From: Malacoraja senta
Lineage: Eukaryota
Assembly (NCBI GenBank): GCA_038087875.1
Contig: CM075988.1
Coordinates: forward strand, 2,852,001-2,916,000
DNA: 64,000 bases
Reading direction: 5' to 3'
Shown here: one piece after another, positions 1 through 12,465 of the stretch
How positions within the stretch are numbered: the first letter of the stretch is position 1
Layout: each line of letters opens with the position of its first letter
Notes under the pieces: generated by a model
What the model saw: the letters and a program-made list of their open reading frames with translations, nothing else
What the model was told of the DNA's origin: nothing
Database searches by the model: none
Program-made: the position numbers and the translations under genes

Positions 1-1064
1 AGAGCTTTTGCTTCCTTATCTAGGTTTTTAACCTGTTTGGGTAGATCTTCCCCGAACAGAAGATTCGACGGCTGGACATGGCCTGGCAAATGCCGTGATG
101 CCTGAAGCCAGCAAATTTAAATTCTTTGGAGTTTCATTTATTGGGCTTTGATGCCCTATTTTTCTCCAATGTACCCCCAGATAGAGCTGTTCACTGCCGG
201 CACTTTTAGGGATGCACAATTTATAGGTGTATGGAATTTTGCAGCCGTCACCTGTTCGTGTAATGATGTGATGTGAGGTAGTTGATGCTGGTAGCCAACT
301 CTTCTTGCAGCGGCTCCCTTGTTTGCGAGGGTATCGCAAACCTTGATGCCATGGCAGGCAGTTCTTGAACCTCATGCATGCATACCAGTATGTTCCACGG
401 ACATACCTCCGAATTCGGAGTCAGTCATATACTGACCCCTGGCACTCCCCTCCACAGAGAGGGAGATTTTTAAGCAGCCCTGAAACAGGCGCTGCCACAG
501 GTACCAAAGTAAACCTGTGCTGATATGTCTCCATATCATGGAGCATATCATGATGAGCATCCTCTCCATGAGGTGCTCCATCTGGGATTAACGCCCGAGG
601 ACGCTACCCATATTTGTCGGAGGGGAACCCTCCTGGCCTGACTTGTCCGAGTCCACAGGCCTCTCAGACTTCCGTTTGGCTTTTACCCCCTTTCGGGGTC
701 GCCAAAGTGCTTTGGCAAGCACCAAGTCTGAAGTCGCTGACCGCACTGTCAGCGACTCGGGCAGCGAACCCGAAGACCGCCGGCTACCCGCACTCCCATG
801 GTCCTCCGTAGCCGGTTTCCCCATGGCCCGCCTGGATTTCGCCCTGGATTTCCATATCCGCAGCAAAACTCTGTAAAAGAGATTTCACCAACCAAAAAAC
901 ACGACCTGAGAATAAGTTTAAAACTTACCTGCAGGGTTTGAAACTTACCGCTGGAGGAGCGACGCTCCTCCCAGCCAGTTGTGTGCCATTCGTTAGACGA
1001 ATTGACGCGCATGCGGGCTGGCGGGCTTCTTCACGTAGTCACTCACGTGACTCCGAAGTAAAAT
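1..1064 (-). mobile_element. 5' portion of a DIRS-type (tyrosine-recombinase) retrotransposon: left terminal repeat plus decayed gag-like ORF1; continues beyond window start
   Basis: Minus-strand translation of ~260-90 gives KFHTPINCASLKVPAVNSSIWGYIGEK*GIKAQ*MKLQRI/LNLLASGITAFAR, matching the P-x-NC-x2-L-x-VP-x-VN-x2-IW...KLQ pattern I recognise from DIRS ORF1 proteins. The CpG-rich terminus begins TTTTACTTCGGAGTCACGTGAG at ~1063. Stops and frameshifts are present. Confidence 0.7.
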
Positions 1065-1084
1065 AACAAACAACCCTCTCCCAT

Positions 1085-1262
1085 CACCAATTCCCAAAAC
1101 TATTTTAGACTCGACTTGCCAACTTTCCCTGGAATCCATGGGTACTAACATTTTGGACCCTGTCTCTCATCTTATATCTTTACAAAGGCTTTCCTGAAGT
1201 CCACATAAATCACATCCACTGCACTCTCCTCATCTCAGAAAATTCAGCCAGTTTGGTCAGAC
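1085..1262 (-). mobile_element. Old CR1 LINE RT fragment
   Basis: Reverse strand reads ...AVDVIYVDFRKAF..., the CR1 RT motif also seen in the 33839-36230 copy. Confidence 0.6.
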
Positions 1263-1984
1263 ATGTTGTGTTGGGCTGAAATGACTGTTTCCATGCTGTA
1301 TCTCTTAATTAAACTAAACTAATCTAAACTAAACTAAACTAAACTAACTAATCCCAGCCTCCCACAGACTTAGTCTCCTTGGTCCATATGAGACTTGTAA
1401 GTCAAAGGACAGTCAGTCACTGCGCAGAAAAGCCAATGTGGAAACTCAGTGCAACTTCTTCAGCCAGTACAGAACCTGGACAAGTGATACATTTAACAAG
1501 TAACTGCAGGAGGAGAGCAAGTTTTAAATGGAAGATCGACTGGGAATTTCTACTCTGGCTGGGAAATGCACAGACACTTGAGTTCTGTATTATTTATTTA
1601 GGGCAGCACATTTTTTAAAACACTTGAGAGGCAGCAGCAGGGAACTAATGGAAACATTTGCCCAACACTCAAGAGGCATTAAAACTGTGCATGAAGTGAG
1701 GAGAACAGAACTGTAAATGTTTCCGACCTTCAGCTTGTTTTGTAACATGTTAAAGGATTTGTACTGGTCAATTACTTGTATTAACTATGGCAGAATAATT
1801 ATTTGAGGAGTAGCACTGTGACACACGACAGAGGTTGGAGCAGGGGTCCGTTTGCTTTGCAGTAAACGTGCTGCAAATGTCCTCACATCACAAAAACTGC
1901 CCAAAGTGAGCCACACAGCTCATTACTGATCATTGGGAGAACTGCAGGTGCCTGCATTGATTCACCTAACACCAACATTATTCA

Positions 1985-2125
1985 TTTGGTTTAGTTTAGT
2001 TTAGTTTAGAGATACAGCATGGAAACAGGCTCTTCGCCCCACCCAGTCCGTGCCGACCAGCGATCCCCGCACACTAACATTATCCTACACACACGACACA
2101 GGTTAGGGACAATTTACAATTTACT
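1985..2125 (-). mobile_element. 3' half of tRNA-derived HE1/V-SINE-type element
   Basis: (GTTTA)n tail then agagatacagcatggaaacaggc...cgatccccgcacactaac...agggacaatttac; matches the other SINE copies in the window. Confidence 0.85.
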
Positions 2126-2804
2126 GTCCTGCGAGTACAAAATGAATATTGCCATAAGAATGTGTTGCAAAGGAGTTGTAATGTAAGAATGTTCCCTGTT
2201 GTATCTAAGATAACAACGTACTGTAGATTAAGTATGAGGATTATTTGCAAACACAATTTATGAAAATGTACAGTGGAGCTATCTTAACTTCTTGTAAACA
2301 TACACAGGAATGATGCATTAGCTGGGTATAGTGATGCAGGCTGCTCAGATTCATCAGGCTTTTGCAGCTTCTGTAAATATTTAAGTGAAAGCCTCTGTCA
2401 TTTCTCTTCTGAGTCAGGTATGTATTGGCCCCCCAGGCCAATAAAGGCCAGTTCCCTGCAGATTTGGAGTTGGGTTTATTGGCAGTTTATTAAGGGAATA
2501 ATGTGAATTTATGTGACCACAGAACCTGCCAATTTCTGTCTCCTAATAATCTCCTCCGCCTAGCAGAGCTGGTCCTCACACTCAACAACTTCTCCTTCGA
2601 CTCCTCCCCTTCCTCCAAATGGAATGGGCCCCAGCTATGCCTGCCTCCTTGTAGGGTACGTCAAACAATCACTGTTCCAGGCGTACACTGGCCCTATCCC
2701 TGAACTCTACCTCCGCTACATTGACGACTGCATCGGTGCTGCATCCTGCACCCATGCAGAACTCACTGACTTTATCAACTTCACCACTAATTTCCATCCT
2801 GCAC

Positions 2805-5221
2805 ATCAGTGAGCTGCAAAGAAATCATCCAGAGGGCATTGTCATTGTTGCTGGGGACTTTAACCAGGCCAACATGAAGACTGTCCTCCCTCATTTCCAT
2901 CAATATGCGGACTTTGCTGCACGTGGAGAGAATACGCTGGACCGGGTCTACAGTAACATCAAGCAGGCTTTCAGAGCAGCACCCCGGCCTCACCTCGGCT
3001 CCTCTGACCACCTCTCTGTAATGCTCATCCCAGCCTATAAGCCCCTGCTGATCAGAGAGAAACCCACTGTGAAGCAGGTTAGAGTCTGGTCTGAGGGAGC
3101 TATAGAAGCACTCCAGGACTGCTTTGAGTGCACGGACTGGGACATGTTCAGGACAGCAGCCACTTACAACCAAAACATCAATGTGGATGAGTATGCCATG
3201 TCTGTGTCGGGATACATACAGAAATGCATGGAGGACGTCACTGTCATCAGGAACATCACAACCCGGGCCAACCACAAACCTTGGATTACTGCAGAGGTGC
3301 GTGCCATGCTGAAAGCACGGAATGCAGCTTTTAAATCTGGTGATTTGGGGGCTCTGAGAACAGCGAGAGCCAACCTTAACCGTGAAATAAGGAAAGCAAA
3401 GCGCGCCCATGGACAGAAAATCCAGGGTTTCTTCCAGGATGATACCAACACCAGGAACATGTGGGAAGGCATCCGGGCCATAACAAACTACAAGGCCCCT
3501 CAGATGTCTTGTAAGGATGACACAGACTTTCTCAATGAACTCAATAATAATTTCGGCAGGTTTGAGGCACTGAACACCACTATAGTGAGGAAATTAGAGC
3601 CTCAACCAGGGGAACAGACACTGTCTTTTGAAACTGCTGAAGTCCGCAGAATCCTGGAGGGCATTGACAAGTGAAAGGCACCCGGACCGGATAACATACC
3701 GGGGCGTCTGCTTAGGGGATGTGCCGACCAGCTGGCCCTGGTTCTGACAGACATTTTTAACACCTCCCTGAACCAGGCCATTGTTCCATCATGTTTCAAG
3801 ACAGCCACCATCATACCAGTTCCCAAAAATCTACAATAACCTGCCTGAATGGTTACCGCCCCGTAGCACTCACACCAATAATATGAGCTTTGAGAGGCTT
3901 ATTAAGCAGCACATGGTCTCTAAACTACCCCCCAGTTTTGACCCATTCCAGTTTGCTTATCGCCCGAACTGCTCCACAGAGGATGCTATCTCCTCTGCAG
4001 TCCATCTGGGCCTACAACACCTGGAGGTGAAGAACACCAATGTGCGGATGCTGTTTGTTGACTTCAGCTCAGCATTCAATACGATAATCCCCCAGCATCT
4101 GGTGAGCAAACTGGCACCCCTAGGATTCAATACCACACTATGCAACTGGATCCTGGATTTCCTTTCTGAAAGACCCCAGTCTGTGCGGGTGGGGAAGAAC
4201 ACCTCCTCGGTCATCACTCTGAGCACCGGCTCCCCTCAGGGCCGTGTCCTGAGTCCGCTGCTCTTCACATTGATGACACATGACTGTGTCGCCAGGTCCA
4301 CTACTAACCATATCATCAAATACGCGGATGACACAACAGTAGTGGGCCTCATCCGTAACAACGACGACCAGGCATACAGAGAGGAGGTGGAGCAGCTGGT
4401 GCAGCAGGAACAACCTTCTCCTAAATGTGGACATAACCAAGGAGATTGTCGTCGACTTCAGAAAGAAAAATCAGCCCAGTCACACTCCGCTGTGCATCAA
4501 CAACTTAGCAGTGGAGCAGGTGAAAAGCATCAAGTTCCTGGGTGTGCATATAACGGATACCTTAACTTGAACTACAAACATCACATCGCTGGTAAAACGG
4601 GCACAGCAGCGTTTGTACTTCCTCCGCAGGATGAGAAGATCACACCTGCACCCTCCCATCCTCACCACATTCTACAGAAGCACCATTGAATCAGTCATGA
4701 CCAGCTGCATCTCTATGTGGCGCGGCGGCTGTACAGCTGCCGACTGGAAGTGCCTTCAGAGAGTGGTGAGGACAGCGGAAAAAATCATTGGGACTTCTCT
4801 TCCTTCCATCATGGACATTGGTTACAAACGCTGTCTGACAAGAGCTAAGGGCATTACCAGAGCCCCCACAGACCCACAATATGGACTGTTTACACTGCTG
4901 AACTCTGGGAGGAGGTACCGCAGCATGAAGAGCGGGACAACCAGGTTCTGCAACAGCTTCATCCCCCAGGCCATAAGACTATTGAACTCACAATCAAACC
5001 CATGCTAGAACTTTCTTATACATTGCCACTTTTAAAAACTTTCCTTTTTTAACTATGCACATGAAGCACTTTTTTATGGACACACTAAGCACTTTTACTG
5101 ATCGCCTGATATAAATGTTATATTCTGCTGCTACTTTGAAGAGTCAATGCAACGAAATTTCGTTCAATGTGCACTGTGTCTATGTGTATACCTGAATGAC
5201 AATTAAAGTTATATTCAATAT
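2805..5221 (+). mobile_element. Rex1/Babar-clade LINE, 5'-truncated (partial APE + RT), with stops and frameshifts
   Basis: IVAGDFNQAN...TLDRVYSN...PHLGSSDH (APE); [25 protein letters not shown], GSPQGx[21 protein letters not shown] (RT). 3' tail ends ...gacaattaaagttatattcaatat. Interrupts the Penelope sequence catcctgcac|tcaaattcac, seen uninterrupted at ~58973-58992. Confidence 0.92.
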
Positions 5222-5365
5222 TCAAATTCACTTGGACCATCTCCGACATCTCCCTACCGTTTCTAGATCTCACCGTCCCCATCACAGGAGACAGATTATT
5301 GACCGACATCTACTACAAACCTACTGACTCCCATAGCTATCTAGATTACACTTCATCTCACCCTG

Positions 5366-6091
5366 TGTTAAGGTTCATTTTCTTAAAACAGACAACTTAC
5401 AATAAGTTAGGTAAATCCAATACAAGCTTTAATGATCATTTAGCCAGCGAGAGTGCTAGGAGATACAAAGTCAAGCATACAGCAGATACTTAACTCCTCC
5501 TAGGCCATCACTCTAATGAATGAAGACATACAGCATCTTTTATAGTATTTCAGAAACATAGTCACATGTTTATACAGAGTTGCAGCAAAGACGTCTAACA
5601 TATCAATCACAGCTCTACCCATTCAAAGCATGCTTGTCACTGATACAATACTTCTCATGCTATGGTTATATTGATCACAAACTTTAGTTACGAAACCCCC
5701 AAATAACAGGAAGTTAATCAAAGGTCTATCATCTGCAGTACCTTCTTAAACAATGTAAAGATCCTTATCAATTGCCCACAGAAGTTTCCGTATACAAAAA
5801 CTTCCAACGTTTCAGAAAGCTTATCCTCTCTTAAGGCTTCTTACAGAAGCCAGAACCTTCTCAGGAAGTACATACCCTCTCACCATCGTCAATATCTTTT
5901 GCTTGGGCACAACAGGAAGCAGCTTGGATGCAGTTTCAATGGTGGCCTCCAATTTCCTGATTACCCAGCCCTTCTACAGAACCCAAATTTCAAAGCTTTC
6001 ATTTACTCAGAACCAAAAACACAAAGAAGTCAAATTAATCTTTACTTAATAAAATACATAAAATATTCCATTATTAACTAGGATATTATCA
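5366..6091 (-). mobile_element. Solo LTR (726 bp) of an LTR retrotransposon or endogenous retrovirus
   Basis: TG...CA termini (tgttaa...ttatca); exact 4-bp TSD CCTG at 5362-5365 and 6092-6095 splitting the Penelope ORF; minus-strand TATAAAA (5538-5544) followed by ATTAAA (5428-5433). Confidence 0.8.
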
Positions 6092-7175
6092 CCTGCTTCC
6101 TGTAAAGACTTTATCCCCTACTCCCAAATCCTCCATCTACGCCGCATCTGCTCCCAGGATAAGGTTTTCCATACTAGATCATCGGAGATGTCCTTATTTT
6201 TTAGGAAACGGGGGTTCCCCTCTTTCATTATAGATGAGGCTCTCACTAGGGTCTCCTTGATATCCTGTAGCTCCACACTTGCTCCCCCTCCCCCCATTCG
6301 CAACAAGGACAGAGTCACCCTTGTACTCACCTTCCACCCCATCAGCCGTTGCATATAGCATATAATCCTCCAACATTTTCGCCACCTCCAACGGGATCCC
6401 ACCACTGGCCACATCGTCCCATCTCCACCCTTTTCGGCTTTACGCAGAGACCGTTTCCTCCGCAACTCCCTGATCAACTCGTCCCTTCCCACCCAAACCA
6501 GCCCCCTCCCCAGGTACTTTTCTCTGCAACCGCAGGAGATGCAACACCTGTCGCTTTACCCCCCTCGACTCCATCCAAGGACTCCGACAGTCTTTTCAGG
6601 TGAGGCAGAGGTTCACGCACCTCCTCCAACCTCATCTACTGTATCCCCTGTTCCAGGTGTCAACTTTTGTGCATCAGCGAGACCAAGCGCAGGCTCGGCG
6701 ATCGTTTCGCTGAACGCCTCCGCTCATTCCGCCTTAGCCTACCTGATCACCCTCCCATTCCCAATCTGACCTTTCTGTCCTGGGCCTCCTCCATTGTCAG
6801 AGTGAGGCCCAGCGTAAATTGGAGGAACAACATCTCATATTTTGCGTGGGCAGCTTACACCCCAGCGGTATGAACATTGACTTCTCTAACTTCAAGTAGC
6901 CCTTGCTTTCCCTCTCTCTCCATCCCCTCCCCTTCCCAGTTCCCCGACCAGTCTTATTGTCTTAGATTAGATTCTATCACTGTCCCACCCACTCCCCTGA
7001 CATCAGTCTGAAGAAGGGTCTCGACCCGAAATGTCACCCATTCCTTCTCTCCCGAGATGCTGCCCGTCCCGCTGAGTTACTCCAGCATTTTGTGTTTACA
7101 TACATGTTGCTACAAGTAAGAATGTAATTGTTCTGTACAAATGACTGTTTAACACATGACTCTTTTTGACTCTTG

Positions 7176-7280
7176 AGATTTTACATTTACAAAACTTGGA
7201 CTTTCATTTTACAAAGCTTAAATTTTCCATATGCAAACTTTAGATTTTCATTGAACAAACCTTTGATTTTCCATTTAGAA
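7176..7280. repeat. Degenerate ~22-bp tandem repeat, about 5 units
   Basis: gattttacatttacaaaacttg / gactttcattttacaaagctta / aattttccatatgcaaacttta / gattttcattgaacaaaccttt / gattttccatttagaaa. Confidence 0.7.
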
Positions 7281-7449
7281 ACACCTAGGTGCACGTCTAT
7301 ATAGCTGGGCCACTCTTCTCCAAATACCTCCTGTCCTGGACTTCTCTCGATGACTATTCACTACAGTTAACACACTGTGGAGGCCTCCATTCACTATCTC
7401 AGCCCTCTATAAACACAAAACCCTGACAAGTGTCAAGCTGAATATAATG

Positions 7450-7750
7450 GGTGACACAGTGGCACAGCGATTGAGTTGCTGCATTACAGCGCTAGAGAAC
7501 TGGGTTCGATCCTGACTACGGGTGCTGTCTGTACAGAGTTTGTACCTTCCCCCTGTGACCGTGTGGGTTTTCGCCAGGTGTTCAGGTTTCCTCCCACACT
7601 CCAAAGACGTACAGGTTTGTAGGTTAATTGGCTTTGTTAAATTGTCCTTCGTGTGTGGGATAGGACTAGTGTATGGGGTGATCACTGGTGGGTGGAGACT
7701 CGATGGGCCGAACTGCCTGTTTCCGTGCTGTATCACGAAAGTAAAGTAAA
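7450..7750 (+). mobile_element. Full-length tRNA-derived HE1/V-SINE-type element
   Basis: A-box-like gtggcacagcg, B-box ggttcgatcc, central ggtttcctcccacactccaaagac domain, CR1-like tail cctgtttccgtgctgtatc. Confidence 0.9.
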
Positions 7751-8169
7751 AGTCAAGGAAGCATAACTGTTGTTACTTTCCGTCTGAGTGGGAGATGAAT
7801 TCTGACTATCTTGTTCATATCTGCTGTAGCACAATAGTTTATTCCATGTTATCATATCTCCTTGCAGCATAAAAGGAGGTCATTCTGCCCATCAAGTATA
7901 TGTGGCCTATCTAGTTGCATATATTTGATGGGGGGGTTGCCAACACAGTGACAAATAAAGACATTTTATCTGTGTTAACTTCCACAAGTTATCCGGGGAA
8001 GCTCTGTTTAAGAAGCAGCAAGCCACTTTGCCATGTATGAACCACAGATACCTTATGATATGGGATATTAATTGCATGCAGTCACTGGACAGAGAGTGTG
8101 GCAAATGTATTCTGATTGGAGTTCTTTCAGTCACATTGCTCCACTTATTTCCCATAACCCATCCTATCA

Positions 8170-8455
8170 CACATAGAGTGATACAGTGTGGAAACAGCCC
8201 TTCGGACCAACTTGCCCACACCGACCAACATGTCCCATCTACGCTAGTCCCACCTGCCTGGGTTTGCCCCTTATCCCTCCAACCCTGTCCTACCCATGTA
8301 CCTGTCTAACTCTTTCTTAAAAGTTGGGATACTCCCAGCCTCCACTACCTCCTCTGGCAGCTCATTCCATACACCCACCACCCATTGTGTGAAAACGTTA
8401 CCCCTCATATTGTTACCCCTTCACCTTAAACCTATGTCCTCTGATCCTCGATTCA
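8170..8455 (-). mobile_element. CR1 LINE 3' end fragment
   Basis: Reverse complement of a CR1 3' end (ttttcacacaatgggtggtgggtgtatggaatgagctgccagaggaggtagtgg). Confidence 0.8.
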
Positions 8456-8470
8456 TTAATGTCCATTAAC

Positions 8471-9510
8471 TAGGTATGTTACAAAACTTACCTTCAGTCG
8501 CGCTGTAATTCTGCCACTGGCCGTGTGCGCGATTTTGGCGCCTTTAAGGGGGGGGCGGGGTTAAAACGCGGTTTCTCCTCCCTTGTCCTGGAAATATTTT
8601 GTTGGAGTACAAACCTTCGCTGACAAAATCGTTCCTACCGGCGTTTTGTGAATTTTTTTTAATTATTAAATCATCAATGTCAGCGCTACAGTCATTTTAA
8701 AAGCAGCTCCTGAAGCGTCAACGCCAATAACGGGGACGGATTTCACACAATGGACAGGTAAACGAAAGTGCTTTCTTTAAATGTATAAAAGTGCTTCTTA
8801 AGAAGCCTTTAATTCACATTTTGTCATGCGACACGGTGATTTTATTCCCCGAATTAACGGCAGTATTTTTCATGCCAATACGGGGTTAAATTCACCGCAA
8901 ATGAACGTTCCAAAAGATCGCGTTCCAGTAATCCTCACTCGCAAGATGAATTAAATCCCCATTAATTTACAGGTATTAAACATTCAATTCCTTCCATTTG
9001 GCCTGTAAATTCATGAAAATTAGATTTAAAAATTATGTTATATTGTGAATTATTGTGTGAATGTTATTTGGACAGTTAGGCTATTTAAAATGTTAATCTA
9101 TTCTTAAGAAATTGATAGATGTTTAGATCTAGTAATTGAATTTTGTAATTAGCTACAATTAGGTAACTAACTAATTATATGCTTTACTTTCATGTCTTCG
9201 AAGTAAGATTGTTTCATATTTGTTTCAGAATGCTTCAATCTATAATACCTGAAAATTTCTTTCAGTTACCATAATTTTTAAGAAAGTTATGGGCTTTTAA
9301 CTGTCCTCGATCACAGCTTTTGTGTTAAGTCAATGGAAAAGCAATAGGGAACTAGATGCTAATTTCTGAGTATGATAATGGCCATAACTTTTTTAATACT
9401 GAAGATATGAAAGTGAATTAAGTGTCAAATTAAACTTCTTTTTATGCTTTATCTGATGGGATAAATTGCAGACTTTATTTTTTAAATCTCAAAATTTTGT
9501 AACATTGCTA
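8471..9510. mobile_element. Non-autonomous DNA transposon (hAT-like), 1040 bp
   Basis: TIRs taggtatgttacaaaa / ttttgtaacattgcta (14/16 match); flanking direct repeat cattaac at 8464-8470 and 9511-9517; no coding capacity. Confidence 0.75.
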
Positions 9511-9613
9511 CATTAACTTCCCATCGCTTCTCCCACGAGCTGCTGATACAGGGGGATCTAACCCAGCAGCCGCGCAAAATAGGATCCTTCTTAAGAGTTT
9601 ATTCGGGACCACT

Positions 9614-9925
9614 GGGCGGCACGGTGGCGCAGCCTTACAGCACTTACAGCGCCGGAGACCCGGGTTCGATCCTGACTACGGGTGCTATCTGTACGTAGTT
9701 TGTACGTGCTCCCCGTGAGCACGTACAAACTACTTGGGTTTTCTCCAAAATCTTCGTCCTCCCACACTCCAAAGATGAACAGCATTTGTAGGTTAATTGG
9801 CTTGGTAAATGTAAAAAAAAATTGTCCCTAGTGGGTGTAGGATGGTGTTAATGTGCGGTGATCGCTGGTCGGTGCGGACCCGGTGGGCTGAACGGCCTGT
9901 TTCCGCGCTGTATCTCTAAAATAAA
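9614..9925 (+). mobile_element. Full-length HE1/V-SINE-type element
   Basis: gggcggcacggtggcgcagc...ccgggttcgatcc...gtttccgcgctgtatctctaaa. Confidence 0.9.
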
Positions 9926-11029
9926 AAATATATATTTTTTTTAAACTGCAAAATGTAAAGGATGAGTGAAGTGTGCAAGAGCACAGATCTCTGACAACAG
10001 TGGGTAGATATACGCAGAAGGAGGCATCTTCAACACGTTGCTTTCTTGTCCAACCACAGAGTAGGGAGGTCATTCTGGTACCACATAAAACCCCAGTCAG
10101 ACTGGAGCTGAGCACAAAGAAACAAGGAAGTGCAGGTGCTGTTTTACAAAATAAGACGCAAAGTGCAGGAGTCACTCAGCTGTTCAGGCTGCATCTCAGG
10201 AGAACATGGCTAAGTGATGTTTCAGGACGAGACTCTTCTCAGAGCTGCTGTTACTCCAGCACTCTGTCTTCTTTTGTAAACCAGCATCTGCAGTTCCTTG
10301 TTTCTACATTTTATTGCCCCACTGCGAAATCTCCTCAAAGTATGCTTTTTTTTAAGGAGTTCTCCTCAGTCTGAAGAAGACGTCTGATCTAAAACACCAC
10401 CTATCCATGTTCTCTTGAGATGTGCCTGACCTGCTGAGTTACTCCCGTACTCTGTGTCCTCTTCTGGAGCTGGAGTACCATGAATGCATCCGAGTACAGA
10501 GTTGGGCTTCCACATTCAGCAGGAGATGTACGAGGGTGTGGCTGTGGAAAGGAGGTGCAGTTTGTTGGTAAGATTGGCCGAGCAGAGAATGCAGTGTAAA
10601 TGTGGGCAGTTTGAGCAGATGGTGAGTGTCTGCAGGAGATGCAGGTCTGTGCCTTGCTCTCAGCACCAGCTTCAGCCAAGGAGATTAACACCTCTCCAGT
10701 CAGAGAAAGCTGATGAATGTTATTAGCAGTTTGTAAACATTACAGTGGTGGATAAAAGAACTGGAGAGGAATGTAGGTTAACATGTTCGTTTTTGACAAT
10801 TCTATCATTTAATATCCATCCCTAATCGCCTTGAAATCATAGTGGTGAATGACCTTCTGAAAGAACTGCAGTCTTTCATTGATAATCAGGTTGGAAGAAA
10901 AAATAATCAACTTGCAATGGATAATCGTGAGTCTGAGAGTTGGAAGAGATCAGAAAGTGATGATAAAAAAGTAAAGAGGGAGAAATACATCAAACAAATT
11001 CAGAGCTGGAGTAGGCATGGTGGAGTACA

Positions 11030-11510
11030 TGTCGTGCCGACCAGCGATCCCCGCACACCCTAACACAATCCGACACACACTAGGGATAATTTCCAATTAT
11101 ACTAAGTCAATTAACCGACAAATATGGAGTGTTGGAGGAAACCGGAGATCCCGGAGAAAATCCACGCAGGTCATGGGGAGAATGTAAAAACCCGTACAGA
11201 TAGCACCCGTAGTCAGGATCGAACCTGGGTCTCTGGCACTGTGAACGGCCTGTCCCACTTTCACGACCTAATTCACGACCTCTGCCGAGTTTGCCCTTGA
11301 CTCATACTCGCAGCATGGCCGTCACAAGGTCGTAGGAGGTCGTAGGAGGTCGTAGGTAGGTGGTAGCAGGCCGTGATGCTAGTTGTAGGTACTCGTGGCA
11401 TCAAGTAGGTCGGGCCATTTTTCTAGCATGATGAAAAATGTCCACGTGATTTAGGTCGTGAAAGTGGGACAGGCCTTTAAGGCAGCAACTACCGTTGCAC
11501 CACCGTGCCG
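11030..11510 (-). mobile_element. HE1/V-SINE-type element interrupted by a MITE
   Basis: SINE sequence ctctggcactgtga|...|taaggcagcaact is continuous once 11245-11477 is removed. Confidence 0.85.
11245..11477. mobile_element. Harbinger/PIF-type MITE A (233 bp)
   Basis: TIR ggcctgtcccactttcacgacctaattcacg matches the reverse complement of the right end at 30/31; 3-bp flanks TGA/TAA; internal (aggtcgtagg)n repeats. Confidence 0.85.
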
Positions 11511-11514
11511 TGGT

Positions 11515-11990
11515 GGTGTGGTTGAGAGCGTCATGTTCCAAAGAGTAAATATCATCTATAATAATCTATCACACACTAACCACATTAAAGCTACAGCCAA
11601 AAAAAACACATTAATGTCTCTATTTCCTCAGGAGACTCAAGAAGTTTGGCAAGTCTCCAACATCTCTTTGTAACTTCTAGTAACATAAGTACCGTAGAAG
11701 GTATACCATCAGGATGCATCACAGCTTGGTTTGGGAATGGCTCTGCCCAAGACCACAAGAAATCGCAGAGTTGTGACGTAGCCCAGCCCATCACACAGTT
11801 CAGACACCCCACCATTGACTCCGTCTACTCTTCACGCTGCCTCAGGAAAGAAGCAAACTAATCAAAGACCTTTCCTACTCTAGTCATTTCCTCTTCTCTC
11901 CCCTCCTGTCTGGTAAAAGTTACAAAAGCTTCTAAATGCAAACCACCAGATTAAGTAACAGCTTCTTCCCCTCTGTTATCAGACTACTGA
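11515..11990 (+). mobile_element. Decayed Rex1/Babar LINE 3' fragment
   Basis: EGIPSGCITAWFGNGSAQDHKK...QPITQFRHPTIDSVYSSRCLRK, homologous to the C-terminus of the 2805-5221 element. Confidence 0.8.
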
Positions 11991-12124
11991 ATTCCATAAA
12001 CTGGCTTGTAGTTAGTAGTATCTTGTAGAATCTCCTTATTAGTCTACCTTAATCTACCTTATTGTGAGAATTGGACCTTTTCACTGGGACAGTAATGCTA
12101 CAATCCTCATAACTTTATACATTG

Positions 12125-12465
12125 TAAGAGTAGAAATGGGTCATTCGGCCCATCAAGTTTATTCCGCCATTCAATCATGGATGATGTATCTCTCCCTCTC
12201 AACCCCATTCTCCTGCCTTCTCCCCATTACCGCTGACACCCTTAGTAATTAAGAATCTATCAATCTCTACCTTAAAAATATCCATTGATGGCCTCCACAT
12301 CTGTCTGTGGCAATGAATTTCACAGATTCACCACCTTCTGACTAAAGAAATTTCTCCTCATCTCCTTTCTAAAGGTACATTGTTTTATCCTGAGGCTATG
12401 ACCTCTGGTCCAAGACTCTCCCACTAGTGGAAACATCCTTTCCACATCCACTCCATCCAGGCCTG
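12125..12465 (-). mobile_element. CR1 LINE 3' fragment
   Basis: GLDGVDVERMFPLVGESWTRGHSLRIK...FFSQKVVNL. Confidence 0.9.

Larger units (their letters stand above)
2541..7100 (+). mobile_element. Penelope-like retroelement (RT + GIY-YIG endonuclease + 3' terminal repeat), 5'-truncated and split by two nested insertions
   Basis: MGPSYACL...YLRYIDDC...NFHPA (2624-2804) resumes as KFTWTISD...FLDL...DIYYKPTDSHSYLDYTSSHP (5222-5365), then ASCKDFIPYSQ...RRICS (6092-), then GIY-YIG-like SNLIYCIPCSRC...[12 protein letters not shown] (~6625-6720). Terminal repeat at 7005-7100. Confidence 0.9.

Noticed and set aside
7450..7530. tRNA genes at SINE heads (also 9614, 19851, 47065, 60287)
   Set aside because: A/B boxes run directly into SINE body and tail; these are tRNA-derived SINE heads.
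10500..10630. Plus-strand exon suggested by GTAAGA/GTGAGT donors
   Set aside because: Weak acceptor, no recognisable peptide, possibly ancient CR1 residue.
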